Shown: one piece after another, positions 25,757-39,179 of the stretch
Layout of the letters: each line of letters opens with the position of its first letter
How positions within the stretch are numbered: the first letter of the stretch is position 1
Source of the DNA: Eledone cirrhosa
Taxonomy: Eukaryota
Assembly: GCA_964016885.1 (NCBI GenBank)
Contig: OZ024746.1
Location: 98,084,001-98,148,000 of the forward strand
Reading direction: 5' to 3'
Length of the DNA: 64,000 nt
Position numbers and translations under genes: made by a program
The notes under the pieces: generated by a model
Databases searched by the model: none
The model's input: only the letters and a program-made list of their open reading frames with translations
Told to the model about the DNA's origin: nothing

Positions 25757-26025
25757 AAGGTGGTAAGAATGTTGGACTTACGATCATAATGTTGTGGGTT
25801 CGATTCCTGGGCTAGATTTCGTGTTGTGTTCTTGAGCAAAACACTTCATTTCACGTTGCTCCAGTATCCTCAGCTGAAAATGAGTACCACCAATAGCTGG
25901 GGGTTTAACCCTGCGATGGACTGGCTTCCTGTCCATGAGGGAGTCTTGTACTCTCAGTCCCTTCACGCCATGGAAACCGGGATAAGCACCGGCCTAATGA
26001 GCCCCCAAGCTCAAAACAGAGTTTT
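25757..26025 (+). mobile_element. CORE-type SINE, family 2 variant
   Basis: GTTCGATTCC B box, CTTGAGCAAAACACTT block; relatives at 35177-35455 and 52700-52965 (-). Confidence 0.75.
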
Positions 26026-26774
26026 ACTAATTCTAACATGGCGGGCAACCATTTAGATGTTCCCTCACTATCATGAAATATTAGTTAAAGCTATAGGACT
26101 TTACTTGATGTATGTTAAGGTATCAACCAGAGGAATTCTTGTACTCTCAGTTGCTTCGCGCCACGAAACCAGGATAAACTCCGGCCCGGTGAGCCTCCTA
26201 ACACGAGACAGACTGTAGACAACATATTAAACCACCAACGTAAGAATTAATATAATATACTTTTTGATCGGTTAGTTTACTATCAAACAGAATTCATTCA
26301 CTTTTGCTAAAGTACATTTCGGCGTCTTAAGATGCTGTGTAAATTAGACAAAATTGAATATTATTGTTAAAGCATTTCGTTCAAATACTAATATTGTATG
26401 AAATCTTTTTAAAACGATTTCCTGAATTGCAGGCGGTGTTGACCCGAAGGTTGGACATACAATTTATTACGATGTCGGCTTCGCTAAAAAAAGAAAAAAA
26501 AGAAAGATTTTGTTTCATTACATCTACCTTAATTTGATAAAAAAATAAAACCTTATTGGTAATAAAAAAAAAAGACTAACATCTCTAATCCTTAGGTTAA
26601 TCAATAGCTCGGTCAATATTTGAGGAAATAAGGCATTGATCGATCTGTAGAAAGACCATTGTAACGTTTACGTTAGCGTTTCTCTGTCCGGAAATGATTA
26701 TTTTGTCTGGGTGTTCTGTGTGCACAAAGCAGTCCTGTCCTTATTACTATTTCTATGTTTCATTACACTTGTAA

Positions 26775-26853
<79 letters not shown>

Positions 26854-27053
26854 TGCGTGCTCCGGTTTATGTTGTATACATTTATGAAGTAGTCCACAAC
26901 GGGTAATCTGTATATAAATCAGGTCAAGCAACTGGTACACAAATCTGTAGAACAGACTCTCTCTCTATCTCCCTCCTTCTCTCTCTCTCTCTATATATAT
27001 ATATATAAATATATATTTATAAGCACACACACACACACACTCACACACACACA

Positions 27054-27146
<93 letters not shown>

Positions 27147-27223
27147 GAATAGTAAACGGAAAAACACAACAGACAATAAATGAAAATATGTTAGTTTCAT
27201 GCTTAATGTAGTAGGAAAAGCCG

Positions 27224-27252
27224 TAACGTTTCGGACGCTAGTCCTTCATCAG
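27224..27252 (-). ncRNA. Minimal hammerhead motif (mirror of 29263)
   Basis: CTGATGA-A-GGAC-tagc-GTCC-GAAAC-GTTA. Confidence 0.55.
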
Positions 27253-27769
27253 AAAATAGAATAAGAAATTAAAGAAAAAATAGAAAGATAAAGGAAAGTG
27301 AGCAGGGCAGAAACGAAAATAATACTTCAATAAATAGTAAAGGGCCATGTGGAGGGGGTGCATCCGAGGGTCAAACGACTCTGTCAATTCGCCGTCTTTT
27401 TTCATACGGTAGAATACAGTTAGGTGGCGAATTAGCAGAATGGTTAAAACGTCAGATAGAATACTTTGTTATTCATTCCAGCTCTCTGCTCTCTGAGTTC
27501 AAATCCCACCGAGGTCAACTTTGCCTTTCATTCTTTCGAGGTCGATAAAAAAAGTACCAGTCTAGTACTGGGGTCGATTCTTCCTCTATATCTCTTTCTT
27601 ATTTCCTCTCTCATTTTCTATCTTTCTCTGGAAGAAATCTGCTGTACTGAGGCCTGGAGAGGTATGGGCTCCGCCAAGTTTTAAAAAGAAACGCCGCATA
27701 TCCGTACGGCCCCCTACGGATCTTTCAGGAACTACGGGACCATGCATACGTACAACACACAGTTACATA

Positions 27770-28217
27770 ACTGTTTCTAGTATTGGCACAAGGCCAGCAA
27801 TTATCTCAGTGCATTACTGGTACTTTATTTTATCGACCCCGTAAGGATGAAAGGCAAAGTCAACCTCGGCGGGATTTGAGCTCAGATCGTAAAGGGACGT
27901 AACTATGCTGCAAAGCATGGCGTCCGTCCCTCTACCGATACTGCCAATCCACCCCCCTAACATGACGTCCGACCCTCTACCGATACTGCCAATCCACCGC
28001 CCGAACATGACGTCCGACCCTCTACCGATACTGCCAATCCACCGCCCGAACATGACGTCCGACCCTCTACCGATACTGCCAATCCACCGCCCTAACATGA
28101 CGTCCGACCCTCTACCGATACTGCCAATCCACCGCCCTAACATGACGTCCGACTCTCTACTGATACTGCCAATCCACCGCCTTAACATGGCGTCCGACCC
28201 TCTACCGATACTGCCAA
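27770..28217 (-). mobile_element. Family-1 SINE with head amplified as 45-bp tandem array
   Basis: About 6-7 units of CATGACGTCCGACCCTCTACCGATACTGCCAATCCACCGCCCTAA. Confidence 0.85.
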
Positions 28218-29262
28218 TAACACTTCCATGTAATAAAACACTTATGCAGGCTTTTATTGACCGTTATAAAGACGAATGAAACTGAATTCGTACAAAGCAA
28301 GGCTGCCAAGCCTGTCTACAATTGACCGCTGACAGTAAACAAAGAAGAATCTATAAGTAGACTATACAATTTAAAAGAACCTGATTTCCTTTATTTGCTT
28401 ATCTTATTCCATCTTAATGAGCTGTTTTTTTTATTTGACATCACGATAATGGTTCTTGCTAACAGGAAAAAATCTATCTATCTGTCTATCTGTCTGTCCG
28501 TCTATCTATCTATCTATCTCTCTCTCTTAGTAGTTGGACGCACACAATTTTGCTGGTAAGTTTCTGTCAATTTATTTACAAAAAACAGAAATTCTTGTTT
28601 AAAAAAACACATTGTTTTGTAGATTAACCCCCAGGCTGAATTGTCAGCTGGGTGACAATCTCATTTTTCGCCCTCACAGGGGCGAAAATTTAATTTGAAA
28701 TTAATTTGAAAACTGTTTAAAAATGTTTAATATTTTGCCATCTGCTATGGCAAGTGTTCAAAGAACGCGAGCGGACGTTGTAGAAGGAAAAAGAAAAGAA
28801 GAAATAGACTTTAACGTTGCTAAAAATGTTGCCTGTATCGAGGTAGTTGACAACAAAGTTTTGTGTAACGAAAGTCAAGTAGACGACACAAACAAAATTG
28901 AATCGCACAGTGAACCACACAGTATACTGAGGAAGAATCGACCCCAGTACTAGACTGGTACTTTTTTTATCGACCTCGAAAGAATGAAAGGCAAAGTTGA
29001 CCTCGGTGGGATTTGAACTCAGAGAGCAGAGAGCTGGAATGAATAACAAAGTATTCTATCTGACGTTTTAACCATTCTGCTAATTCGCCACCTAACTGTA
29101 TTCTACCGTATGAAAAAAGACGGCGAATTGACAGAGTCGTTTGACCCTCGGATGCACCCCCTCCACATGGCCCTTTACTATTTATTGAAGTATTATTTTC
29201 GTTTCTGCCCTGCTCACTTTCCTTTATCTTTCTATTTTTTCTTTAATTTCTTATTCTATTTT

Positions 29263-29291
29263 CTGATGAAGGACTAGCGTCCGAAACGTTA
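29263..29291 (+). ncRNA. Minimal hammerhead motif in PLE pLTR
   Basis: CTGATGA-A-GGAC-tagc-GTCC-GAAAC-GTTA; stem I not evident. Confidence 0.55.
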
Positions 29292-29369
29292 CGGCTTTTC
29301 CTACTACATTAAGCATGAAACTAACATATTTTCATTTATTGTCTGTTGTGTTTTTTCCGTTTACTATTC

Positions 29370-29468
<99 letters not shown>

Positions 29469-29621
29469 TATAAATATATATTTATATATATATATAGAGA
29501 GAGAAGGAGGGAGATAGAGAGAGAGCTTGTTCTACAGATTTGTGTACCAGTTGCTTGACCTGATTTATATACAGATTACCTGTTGTGGACTACTTCATAA
29601 ATGTATACAACATAAACCGGA

Positions 29622-29731
<110 letters not shown>

Positions 29732-30275
29732 TTACAAGTGTAATGAAACATAGAAATAGTAATAAGGACAGGACTGCTTTGTGCACACAGAACACCCAGA
29801 CAAAATAATCATTTCCAGACAGAGAAACGCTAACGTAAACGTACAATGGTCTTTCTACAGATCAGCAGAAAAAACAATTGACACAACTACAAACGGAAAA
29901 CCCGACAACAACAACAACATAATAACTTATACAGAAACAGTCACAAGTAATAATAACGTTACTTCTAACTCCGCATGTATTGGCGTCACCATGGAAACCA
30001 ATATAAACAACAAAATAAAAACAAGATCGAACCACACATAGTACAACAGACGGAAAAAACAACAGAAAATAAAACCATTGACACAACTACAAACGGAAAA
30101 CCCGACAACCACAACAACAACAACAACAACACAAAAAAACTTTTGTACAAACAGTCATCAAGGCACAAGAATTCAAGGATCTCGATATCTCCAATGCGAA
30201 ACAGATGCTCTCCGAAGCAAAGGAGTTTATCACTTACGGTGAAAACGGTGGGTTTCAGATAAACTCACCCCCAAA

Positions 30276-31015
30276 ATGTTTGCGCTCACCCAGAAGTGGG
30301 CAGAGTGCAAACTGTCCTTGAAAGGTCGAGCGGAGGTGGCGAACACTTTTATAGCGTCCGTCATCTACTACCGCTTGACTGTCGTGCCTTGTCCCCGTGA
30401 ACACCTCGCCAAGATAGAACGAATGCTCTTCCAGTTTCTGTGGAAGAAGCAGGCTCCGCTGGTGAGGAGATCCGTCTGCTGTCAGCACCTTTCCAACGGA
30501 GGGCTGGGAATGTCGTGGCTGATGATGCGCAAATATGCGCTGAGGCTGCGGCATCTCCAGGTATTCCTCACCGACACCCAACCGGCGTGGGCACCGTTTG
30601 TGAGACAGGCTTTCCCACAGCTCGATTCGCTGACGGAGCTGCAGTCCTGGGTCAAGAATAGACCAAAAACGATGGGCGCCTGGCACATTGAATGCGCTCA
30701 GGTGCTCACAGTCCTCTGGCAAGCGGGCACAGCAATCAGTGGAGACTCCACTTCGACATTCTATAGAGTACGTTACAAGGGCGACGATGTGCTCGGAGAG
30801 ACTCTGGGCGTCGACGACGATGAGCTCACCAGTCTGTTTGGTAGGACTTTCCGCCCGGGACCTATGGACAACTTCAAGAGGTCCCTGGCCTGGAAGTGCT
30901 ACCGAGGAGCTCTACCGATTCGTCACAAGATCTACAGGCACGGACGCCCCGGCAGGGATCCTTCCAAGAGGACGTGTCCAAGATGCGCGCAGGACATTGA
31001 AACAGTCCTGCATGA
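30276..31015 (+). mobile_element. Tx1/L1-like LINE ORF2 C-terminal fragment (post-RT region and zinc finger)
   Basis: LSLKGRAEVANTFIASVIYYRL..FQFLW..GGLG..LAWKCYRGALP..CPRC..ETVLH. Confidence 0.8.
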
Positions 31016-31239
31016 CAATTGGCCTTTTGCCGTCCCTGGGCCCAGCTCAGCCGACTGGGAGGGGAAGCCTGCAGCATCCAAGCCATGCTTTATTAGAAAC
31101 TATTTTAAAAAAACATTATATTGATTATATTGATTTTTAATTCAGGTACAAAGGAGAAAATTGTCTATAAGATCGATACCAGGACTAGACTGTTACATTG
31201 TATTTTATTGATCAGTTCGACGCCAAAACTACACTTTTA

Positions 31240-31925
31240 TTTCTTTTATCGAGCTTGCCCAGAATTTAATATCCAAGATTTCGGAGAGTTTGAACACAGA
31301 ACGTAAAATGATGTAAATAATGGTTTTTGATTTAGGTTCAAGGCCAACAATTTTGGAGGAGAGGGCAGTCGATGAAATCCCCCTCAGTGCATTACTGGTA
31401 CTTTATTTTACCGATCATGTAAGGATGAAAGACAGACCTAACCTCGGTGGAATTTGAACTCAGAGCTTAAAGGGCCGTAACTCTATGTTGCAAAGCCTAT
31501 TATCCGACGCTCTACTGACACTGCCAATCCACCGCCAATCTACCGCCCTAATTCCACCATTCACCGCTACTTTTGTCAACATTGATAGATCGATAAGATA
31601 AAGTGCCAATCAAGTAGTGAGATCTATACACTCGACTTTCCTGCCCTACACCCACCAAAAATTTGCTATCCCTGTGCCTAATGTGGAAAATATTACGTGG
31701 GCGGTCAGAATCGTTAGAGCGCTAGACAAAATCTTTTGTGACATTTAGATACGGCCTCTTGTGTTCTGAGTTCTGGGTTCAAATCCCACCGAGGAAAACT
31801 TTGCTTTCATCCTTCAGGGGTAAAAAAAAAGTAAAGTCATATTCAAATACTGGGGTTGCTATAATCAACTTTACTTTCCCCTACAAACAATTATTACTCT
31901 TGTGACTAAATTAGAAACCATTATT
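31240..31925. mobile_element. Cluster of family-1 SINE copies in both orientations
   Basis: GATTTGAACTCAGA / CTGAGTTC..GTTCAAATCC and shared body and tail motifs. Confidence 0.7.
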
Positions 31926-33229
31926 TGTAATGAGGATAACATTCATGAGCCTAGCTAGAAGAAGGAATAAGGAAGAAGAAAGGAAGAAAGAAAAAAGGAG
32001 AAAAAGGAAGAAGAAAGGAAGAAAAAGATTTCTATGCTCATATCAGATTAAGGTAAGAATATTTCAATTGGTTTTTCCACTGCTGCTGTTGTTCACAACT
32101 CGTGACAGAATGAGCCACGCGGAGAGAGTATTTTGCTCAACGTACAGCCCAATAATCGAACCCATCACCTTATGCTCGAGGGCAAAAAAAGAAAATGTTA
32201 CTGTACTAGATAAGTGTTAATCAAACGTTCATATGAATAGAAAATTAAAGAGAAAATCAAAATCTCCAATTAAGAAATCTAGTTTTACACCTACAACTTG
32301 AGATAAAAAGCAATAAAGTCTGAGTTAGCGTGAAATTTTGTATGAACACCTAATTCAATAATAAGCTAGTAATTATAACAGGGTTTGTGAATACGTCATA
32401 GACGAATAGTTAACCTAGTCATGTTTTATATTACACTACTTCAGTGGAATGTCAATTAGTTTATTTATCAACCTATTAATTAAACCATGTAATTGATTTC
32501 AAGCACGGAACAAATCAATATCTGATATATCTGATCATGGTTCACTGCTGGTTAAGTACACCTTAATAACTATACGTGTGAACACAGAATAGTCAAATGG
32601 TTAAGATGTTCTCTTCGTAACCAGGGTCGGATTAAATGGGGACAAAAGAGGGCAGTTGCCATGTGAGCCCGCATTTTTTAAAATCGATTCCTTTAATCTA
32701 TTTTTGAAGATAGTTGAGTTCTCATTAAAAGGCATGTATGCAGGACCGGGTTTAATGGGGAACCCACCAACGACGGCCGTAGTATTTTATTAGTGCCCTT
32801 ACCTGGGATTTTTAGTTTTTGTATGGTTAGAATGTTTTAATTTAATACCTGTATGTATAACTTTTCAGTTCCAATTACTTGCACCAAGCTAACTTTGATA
32901 TGTTAAATCGGGGGGATTTGCTGTGTATTCTAATTGTTTGTGTATGAGGGTCCCCCCAAACTTGAAGTGCCTCGGGCCCCAAGGTCTAAATCCAACTCTA
33001 GGCAAGTGTCATTTACCATAGTCTCGTGTTGACACCAGCAATGGGAGTGAAGTTGGATAGACAGAAACAAATATTTTGCAAGTCCGTCAGATAGATCGTA
33101 TATGAATGGCAACCATATCACACTTAATGCCACGTAGAATCAAAATCAGTTTTAAGCGATTTCGAATGAAAATAGCTGAAGAGCATTATTCGTTTCATAC
33201 TTCTAGAAAATAAACATTATATTACAGTA

Positions 33230-33608
33230 CTGGTGGAGGGTCGGACGCCATACGTTGCAGTTTAGAGTTACGGCCCTTTACGGTCTGAGTTCAAATCCCA
33301 CCGAGGTTAACTTTGCCTTTCATCCTTACGGGGTCGATAAAATAAAGTACCAGTAATGTACTGGGTAATTGCTGGCCTTGTGCCAAAAGAAGAAACAATT
33401 ATTTCATCAATTTTGGAGCGGTGGATTGACAGTATCGGTAGAGGGTCGGACGCCATGCTTTGCAGCATAGAGTTACGCCCCTTTACAGTCTGAGTTCCAA
33501 TCCCACCGAGGTTAACTTTGCCTTTCATCCTTATGGGGTCGATAAAATAAAGTACCAGTAATGCACTGGGATAATTGCTGGCCTTGTGCCAAATGTAGAA
33601 ACAATTAT
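33230..33608 (+). mobile_element. Tandem pair of family-1 SINEs
   Basis: Two near-identical consecutive copies. Confidence 0.85.
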
Positions 33609-35176
33609 TTTATCAATTTGGGTTGATTATATATATTATCTTTGAGACACAAGCACCATCACTGAATTGTTTCTTTGGTTATATAATATAGAATGGTTAT
33701 TGATCAATTAATCAATTAGCCAGCCTCTTTTATTGGTTTCAATCATTAGAGATCATTAGGTGTTATCATTTGATAGTATTTGATGATCTCCAAATAGAGA
33801 ATTCCCCTTGAGATGAACATCATCATCATCATCATCATTTTACATCCACCTATCCCTGCTTGCAAGGGTGGGGCGGGTTCTATTCAACACAGCATCTCTC
33901 CATTCGTCACGGTCCTTCGTCATCTCCTCCGTCAGTTTCAGCGATCTGAGGTCAGCTCTCACCACCTCCACCCATCATTTTCGTGGTCTTCCTCTACTGC
34001 GTCTTGTTTCTACTGGCATTTCTTGGCACTTCTTTACCAATAAGAAATATTTTCTGCAAATTCTGCATACAGAGGTCAAATCCCACCAAGGCCAACTTTC
34101 GCTTTCATCCATTTGAGGTCGATAAATAAAGTCTCGTTCCTGAGAGGATGGATGGGTGGAATTCTAAATACATTATATATGGCAAAAATAAGAACATCAC
34201 ATGAAATCTCATATTGAGGAACGTACACTGTACAATCACCGATTTCTAACGCCCCGTTTATAAGAATTTAAGCAAATGTCCAGTACTCTCCCGCTTATTC
34301 ACCCCGCCCCCTATTATTTGGGCCCCGAGAGTATGTAGAGTGACGAAGTGGCGGAGTCGTTAACTTGTGGTATTCGTTCTAGCTCCTTCTACTGTGATTT
34401 CTAATACCACCGAGGTCAACTTTGCCTTTCATCCTTCCGCCAGCAATTTTGAGGGAGGGGAAAGTCGATTAAATCGACCTCAGTACATTACTGGTACTTT
34501 ATTTTATCGACCCCGTAAAGATGAAAGGTAAAGTTAACTTCGGCGGGATTTGTAAAGGACCGTAACTCTATGCTGCCAATCCACCACCAATCCACCACCG
34601 CCCTGATAAATAATCCCGGCTCAGTAATGGGGTTGATTCTTCCTATATATTTCAATCTCATTTTCATTCTTGTTTCATTTTCTCTCTCCCTTCTAATTTT
34701 TTCAAGATGGAATCATCTGTATTCCGACCTAAATAAGGCTGGACTCCGCCAGATGTAAATGTACGGCGTATGTCGGATATTATGACGATGCCCTTACGAC
34801 TCCATCAATGGCCCGTTGACATGGACATAATTATGTAAAAATATTCCATCATAATTATAAATAAAATTTTGAAATTATCTCCCCCAAACCGCTCAGTAAC
34901 GAAAATGATGTGGAGGCGCGTGGCCAACTGGTAACTGTGTTGGACTTACAACAGATGTCCAACGCAGATCTTGTCAGCTAGTCACGATTCAACGGTAGAT
35001 ACTATATATACGTGGGCCGGATATTAAATCAAAATTCAACTTGATCGTGGCAATCCAACTTTTCAACTGTCCTCCTGTCTGTTTTGGTCATTCCCAGAAC
35101 TCAAATCAATAGAGTTTGATCCAGTTAGAAAATAAAACTAAAATGTACATAAATCTGCATCACTACAGCATAGAAA

Positions 35177-36070
35177 GTGGAGGCACGTGGCCAGATGGTA
35201 AGGGCGCTGCACTTATGATCATGATGTCGTGGGTTCGATTCCTGCGCTGGGTTGCATGTAGTCTTCTTGAGCAAAACACTTCGTTTTACGTTGTTACAGT
35301 ATACTCAGCTGAAAATGAGTACCAGCAATAGCTGAGAATTTAACGCTGCGATGGACTGTCATCCTGTCCAGGGGGAAGTCTTCTACTCTCAGTCCCTTCA
35401 CGCCACGAAAACCGGGATAAGCACTGGCCTGATGAGCTCCCGAGCTTTACAGACTTTAGATTTTTTTTAATGAGAAAGCTAGTTATTCTTACTAAATCTT
35501 CCCAAATTTTTGATTATTTAAAAGAACATTTTTTTAATCATAACCAAAGTCTTTTATTCAAGATATCGTAACGTAACGGTTAAATAAATTATTTCTAATT
35601 TATTATTCCCAGTGATAGGGCGGTGGATTGTCAGTATCGGTAGAGCGTCGGACGCCATGCTAGGGCGGTGGATTGTCAGTATCGGTAGAACGTCGGACAT
35701 CATGCCTTATAGCATAGGGTTACGGCATTTTACGTTCTGAGTTAAAATCCTAGTACCAGTTACGCACTGGGGTCGATTTAATCGACTTTTCCCTCCCACA
35801 AAACTGCTGGCCTTGTGCCTATAAAAGAAGCCATTATTTCCCGAGATAGGACGGTGGATTGGCAGTATCGGTAGAGCGTCGGACACCATGCTTTATGGCA
35901 TAGTGTTCCAGCACTTTACATTCTGAGTTCAAATCCTGCCGAGGTTAGCTTTGCTTTTCATCTTTACGGGGGTCGATAAAATATAGTAGCAGTAATTCAC
36001 TGGGGTCGATTTAATCGACTTTCATTTCGCCCAAATTGTTGACCTTGTGCCTAAAAGAGAAACCATTATT
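35177..36070. mobile_element. CORE-type SINE followed by family-1 SINE copies
   Basis: A/B boxes and shared bodies; head duplicated at 35617-35705. Confidence 0.8.
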
Positions 36071-36499
36071 TCCATTACTGCCAATATCTGTATTACCGAA
36101 TATAATAAAAAACTAAAGTAAAATACAATGAAATCAAATGAAATATTTTTTTAATTGAATTTAAAAGTTATCAGCTAAAATAATTACCTATTCACGACTA
36201 ATACGATGTCTTAAGGGAAATTATTATCTATATAAAAAATCTAACCGCTGTATAACTTGCGATTAGGAAAAATAATGCCATTACCTAAGTGACGAATGCT
36301 GCAAACTGTCAAAGATGTTACAATTGTTATTATTTTAGAAGTAATGCAACAAGGAGAGAAGACAAGACGGGGTGGGGTAGGGGATGGTTTGGAGGCAAAT
36401 GTAAAGCGTTCTTTGCCAACGGTGTTTTCCGTTTGTCTCTTCATTCTCTCTCTTTCCCTTTCTCACTCACTCTCCCTCTCTCTCTATATATATATACAC

Positions 36500-36579
<80 letters not shown>

Positions 36580-36669
36580 GTCACATAGTCACTCTATCAA
36601 TCTGTATCTCTCCCTCTCTCTCTCCCTCTCTCTCCACCCCCCTCTCTCTCTCTATATATATATATATAT

Positions 36670-37815
36670 AGTGGTAGAACACTGGAAGGTAATATCCGTA
36701 GTGGTAGAGTACTCAGTCCATGGGACGAGTTAGGTAGAAGTGGTTACACAACAGTTAGTTCACCATACTGAGAACAATTGTTTCACCTTTGCGGATCCTC
36801 AGCTCGTAATGGACATGGTTATACGGAACGGGAAGGACAACCGTAGGAACGCGCATGCGCAGAAACGGTCACTTCACTCGGGCAATACTAAATTGCGTGC
36901 GGCGGCAAGTTAATACAGAAGAAAAAGACCCTGCCGCCGCCCTTAAGGTAGATAAGAAGCTACAAGGCTTAGCTAAGCGCGAGGTGTTCCTCATCCTGAG
37001 GGATCACAAGGTAGACTTTACTTCTAACCCCACATGTAGACTACTAAACCCGGCACGCACAGATATGGGAGTAGTCAGTAAGGCCATACTTAGAAACATA
37101 GTTAAGACCATTAGGACCAAGTCCAACCTGTCCCAGTGGGAGAACAGCGACCCCGTAATTAAATGGTTTAACTCCTTCAAATCCCAAAAAGCGAAGTTCA
37201 CACAGTTTGACATTGTAGAATGTTACCCGTCGATCTCAGAGACCCTGTTAAACAAAGCGTTGGACTTTGCTACCACTTACACTACCGTCGGTGGTTTAGA
37301 CAGGAAAATCATCGCTCACTGCCGGAAAACCCTCCCCTTCAACAACGGAGTAGCCTGGGCAAAGAAGTCAACAACTTCAGACCTATTCGACGTCTCCATG
37401 GGATCGTTTGACAGTGCTGACGTATGCACCTTGGTTGGCCTATTTATTTTAGACATATTACGTGTTAGATTCCCGGACTTCTACACGGGAATATACCGCG
37501 ACGATGGACTTAACTTATCGAGCCATAAAAATGGTCACGACCTTGACCGGTTTAAAAAAGATTTAGCTTCTACCTTTAATGAGTTAGGACTTAGGATAAC
37601 AGTAGCTACCAACCTCTCTAGCGTAGATTTCTTAGACATTAATTTAGACCTTCGCACACACACCTACAGACCCTTCCATAAGCTTAACGAAAAACTCGAT
37701 TACATTCACAAGACTCATGCCACCCTCCCAATGTTTTTAGAAACTTCGTAAATAATATCAGTACTAGAATCTCAAACCTCTCCTCTAATAAGGCTAGCTT
37801 TGACAGAGCGGCACC

Positions 37816-37820
<5 letters not shown>
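36670..37820 (+). mobile_element. Hydra-type PLE fragment: inverted pLTR then RT
   Basis: LRDHK..CRLLNPARTDMG..FDIVECYPSI..FDVSMGSFDSADVCTLVGL..YRDDGL..FLDI; continues after frameshift as HPPNV..ISTRISNLSS; (TA)n both ends. Confidence 0.85.
36770..36805 (-). ncRNA. Minimal type I hammerhead motif
   Basis: GAG-CTGAGGA-TCCgcaaaGGT-GAAAC-AATT-GTT-CTC; palindromic stem III ACAATTGT. Confidence 0.6.
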
Positions 37821-37871
<51 letters not shown>

Positions 37872-37874
<3 letters not shown>

Positions 37875-39155
37875 GGTACGGACGATATTTGTTCGCAAGA
37901 TTACTCGTCTAGGAAAAGATAACACAGAAGTTTTATTTTTTAAGATATATTTATCAAACTTGGGTCAGTTTGTCTTCATGACTTGTTCTTTCGATGTCAC
38001 TCGATAAACCCGCCATTGGCTTTGATGGCGACCTCAAGGCGGCCTCAGAACCGGCTACAGGCCTTCGTCACTGTCCCTCGACTTAGGCCCCTAAAGGCAC
38101 TTATGATCCTGGCCTTCAGATCGTCTTTCGTATTGCAGCTAGATCTGTTGGTGTCTCATTCCACTGCGCCCCACACAAAGAAGTCGAGGGGGTTGCAGTC
38201 AGGCGAGCTGGGAGGCCAGATGTCAGGTGAAGTGTGGTTGATGAAGTTCTCTGACAGCCAGGCTTGGGTCTTTCGGCTGGTATGACAGGGCGCTGAGTCT
38301 TGCTACCACACGTACGGCCTACCTGCAGCTACCTGGTTAATCCAGGGCTTTACTACCTCGCTCAGAACGCGGATGTAGCAATCGGTGTTCAGCTTGAGGC
38401 CCTCAGGGAAGAAGTGATGTGACATGACGTCACCTTGACTGCTGATGACATCTAAGACCAATGTTGTCGCTGGAAACTTTGTCTGCATGACTCTGGGCAC
38501 GTCTTTGGATGAGACAGCGAGGCACCTGTTGTTCTGGGAGTTGATCTTCTGGTCTTGGCAGAAGTTTTTCTCGTCGGAGAAAAACCACAGCATATCTAGC
38601 TCCAGTGGGTGTTTCAACTTGTTGATCAGCTTCTTTGCGTGCTTCATTCGCTTTTCTTGCATCGCCTTTGACAGAAATTGTCCTTTTCTCATCTTGTATG
38701 AAACGTAACGAATGTTTTCATGTACCACGCCTTTCTCCCTTGCAATGGCACGCATCGACTTGCTAGGTTCATTGTTGATGATATCCTGAACTTCAGCGAC
38801 GAACTCGGGCGTTCTGAAGGTGTCAGATCGTCGATCATGTGTTTTCCTCACTGAAGTTGCTTCGTAGTCGAATCCTGAATCTTCCAATTCCTTTCTGACC
38901 TTTTCCACCATTCTCCTGCTGACGCTGAGAAAGTCTGAAATTTCCTTATTTGTCCTCTCGGTGCGGATTCCAAGAAGAACTCTGTGTCTCTTCCACAAAT
39001 TTGGAGGTTCAAAATTATTTATAATCAATTATTCTGAAAATAAATAATGGAAATATAGTCACTGTTTTTATGAAGACAAGAGTGACAACGGAAGTAAAAA
39101 AAATTTGCATAAAATTACCAGTTGAAAATTGCGAACAAATATCGTCCACACCCTG
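37872..39155 (-). mobile_element. Full-length Tc1/mariner element, DD37D (maT) type
   Basis: 27-bp TIRs CAGGGT(AC/GT)GGACGATATTTGTTCGCAA, TA flanks, 1284 bp. Confidence 0.92.
37997..39028 (-). pseudogene. DD37D transposase with three in-frame stops
   Basis: FSDEKNF..W*QDSAPCH..WPPSSPDCNPLDFFVWG; 37 residues between second and third Asp. Confidence 0.9.
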
Positions 39156-39179
39156 TATATATATATATATATATATATA

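Noticed and set aside
27814-28279. Repetitive 124-aa ORFs on both strands
   Set aside because: Products of the 45-bp SINE-head tandem array
35366-35385. CTGATGAG as a hammerhead core
   Set aside because: Inside a CORE-type SINE; no GAAA or stems follow, and sister copies read CTAATGAG or CGGTGAG
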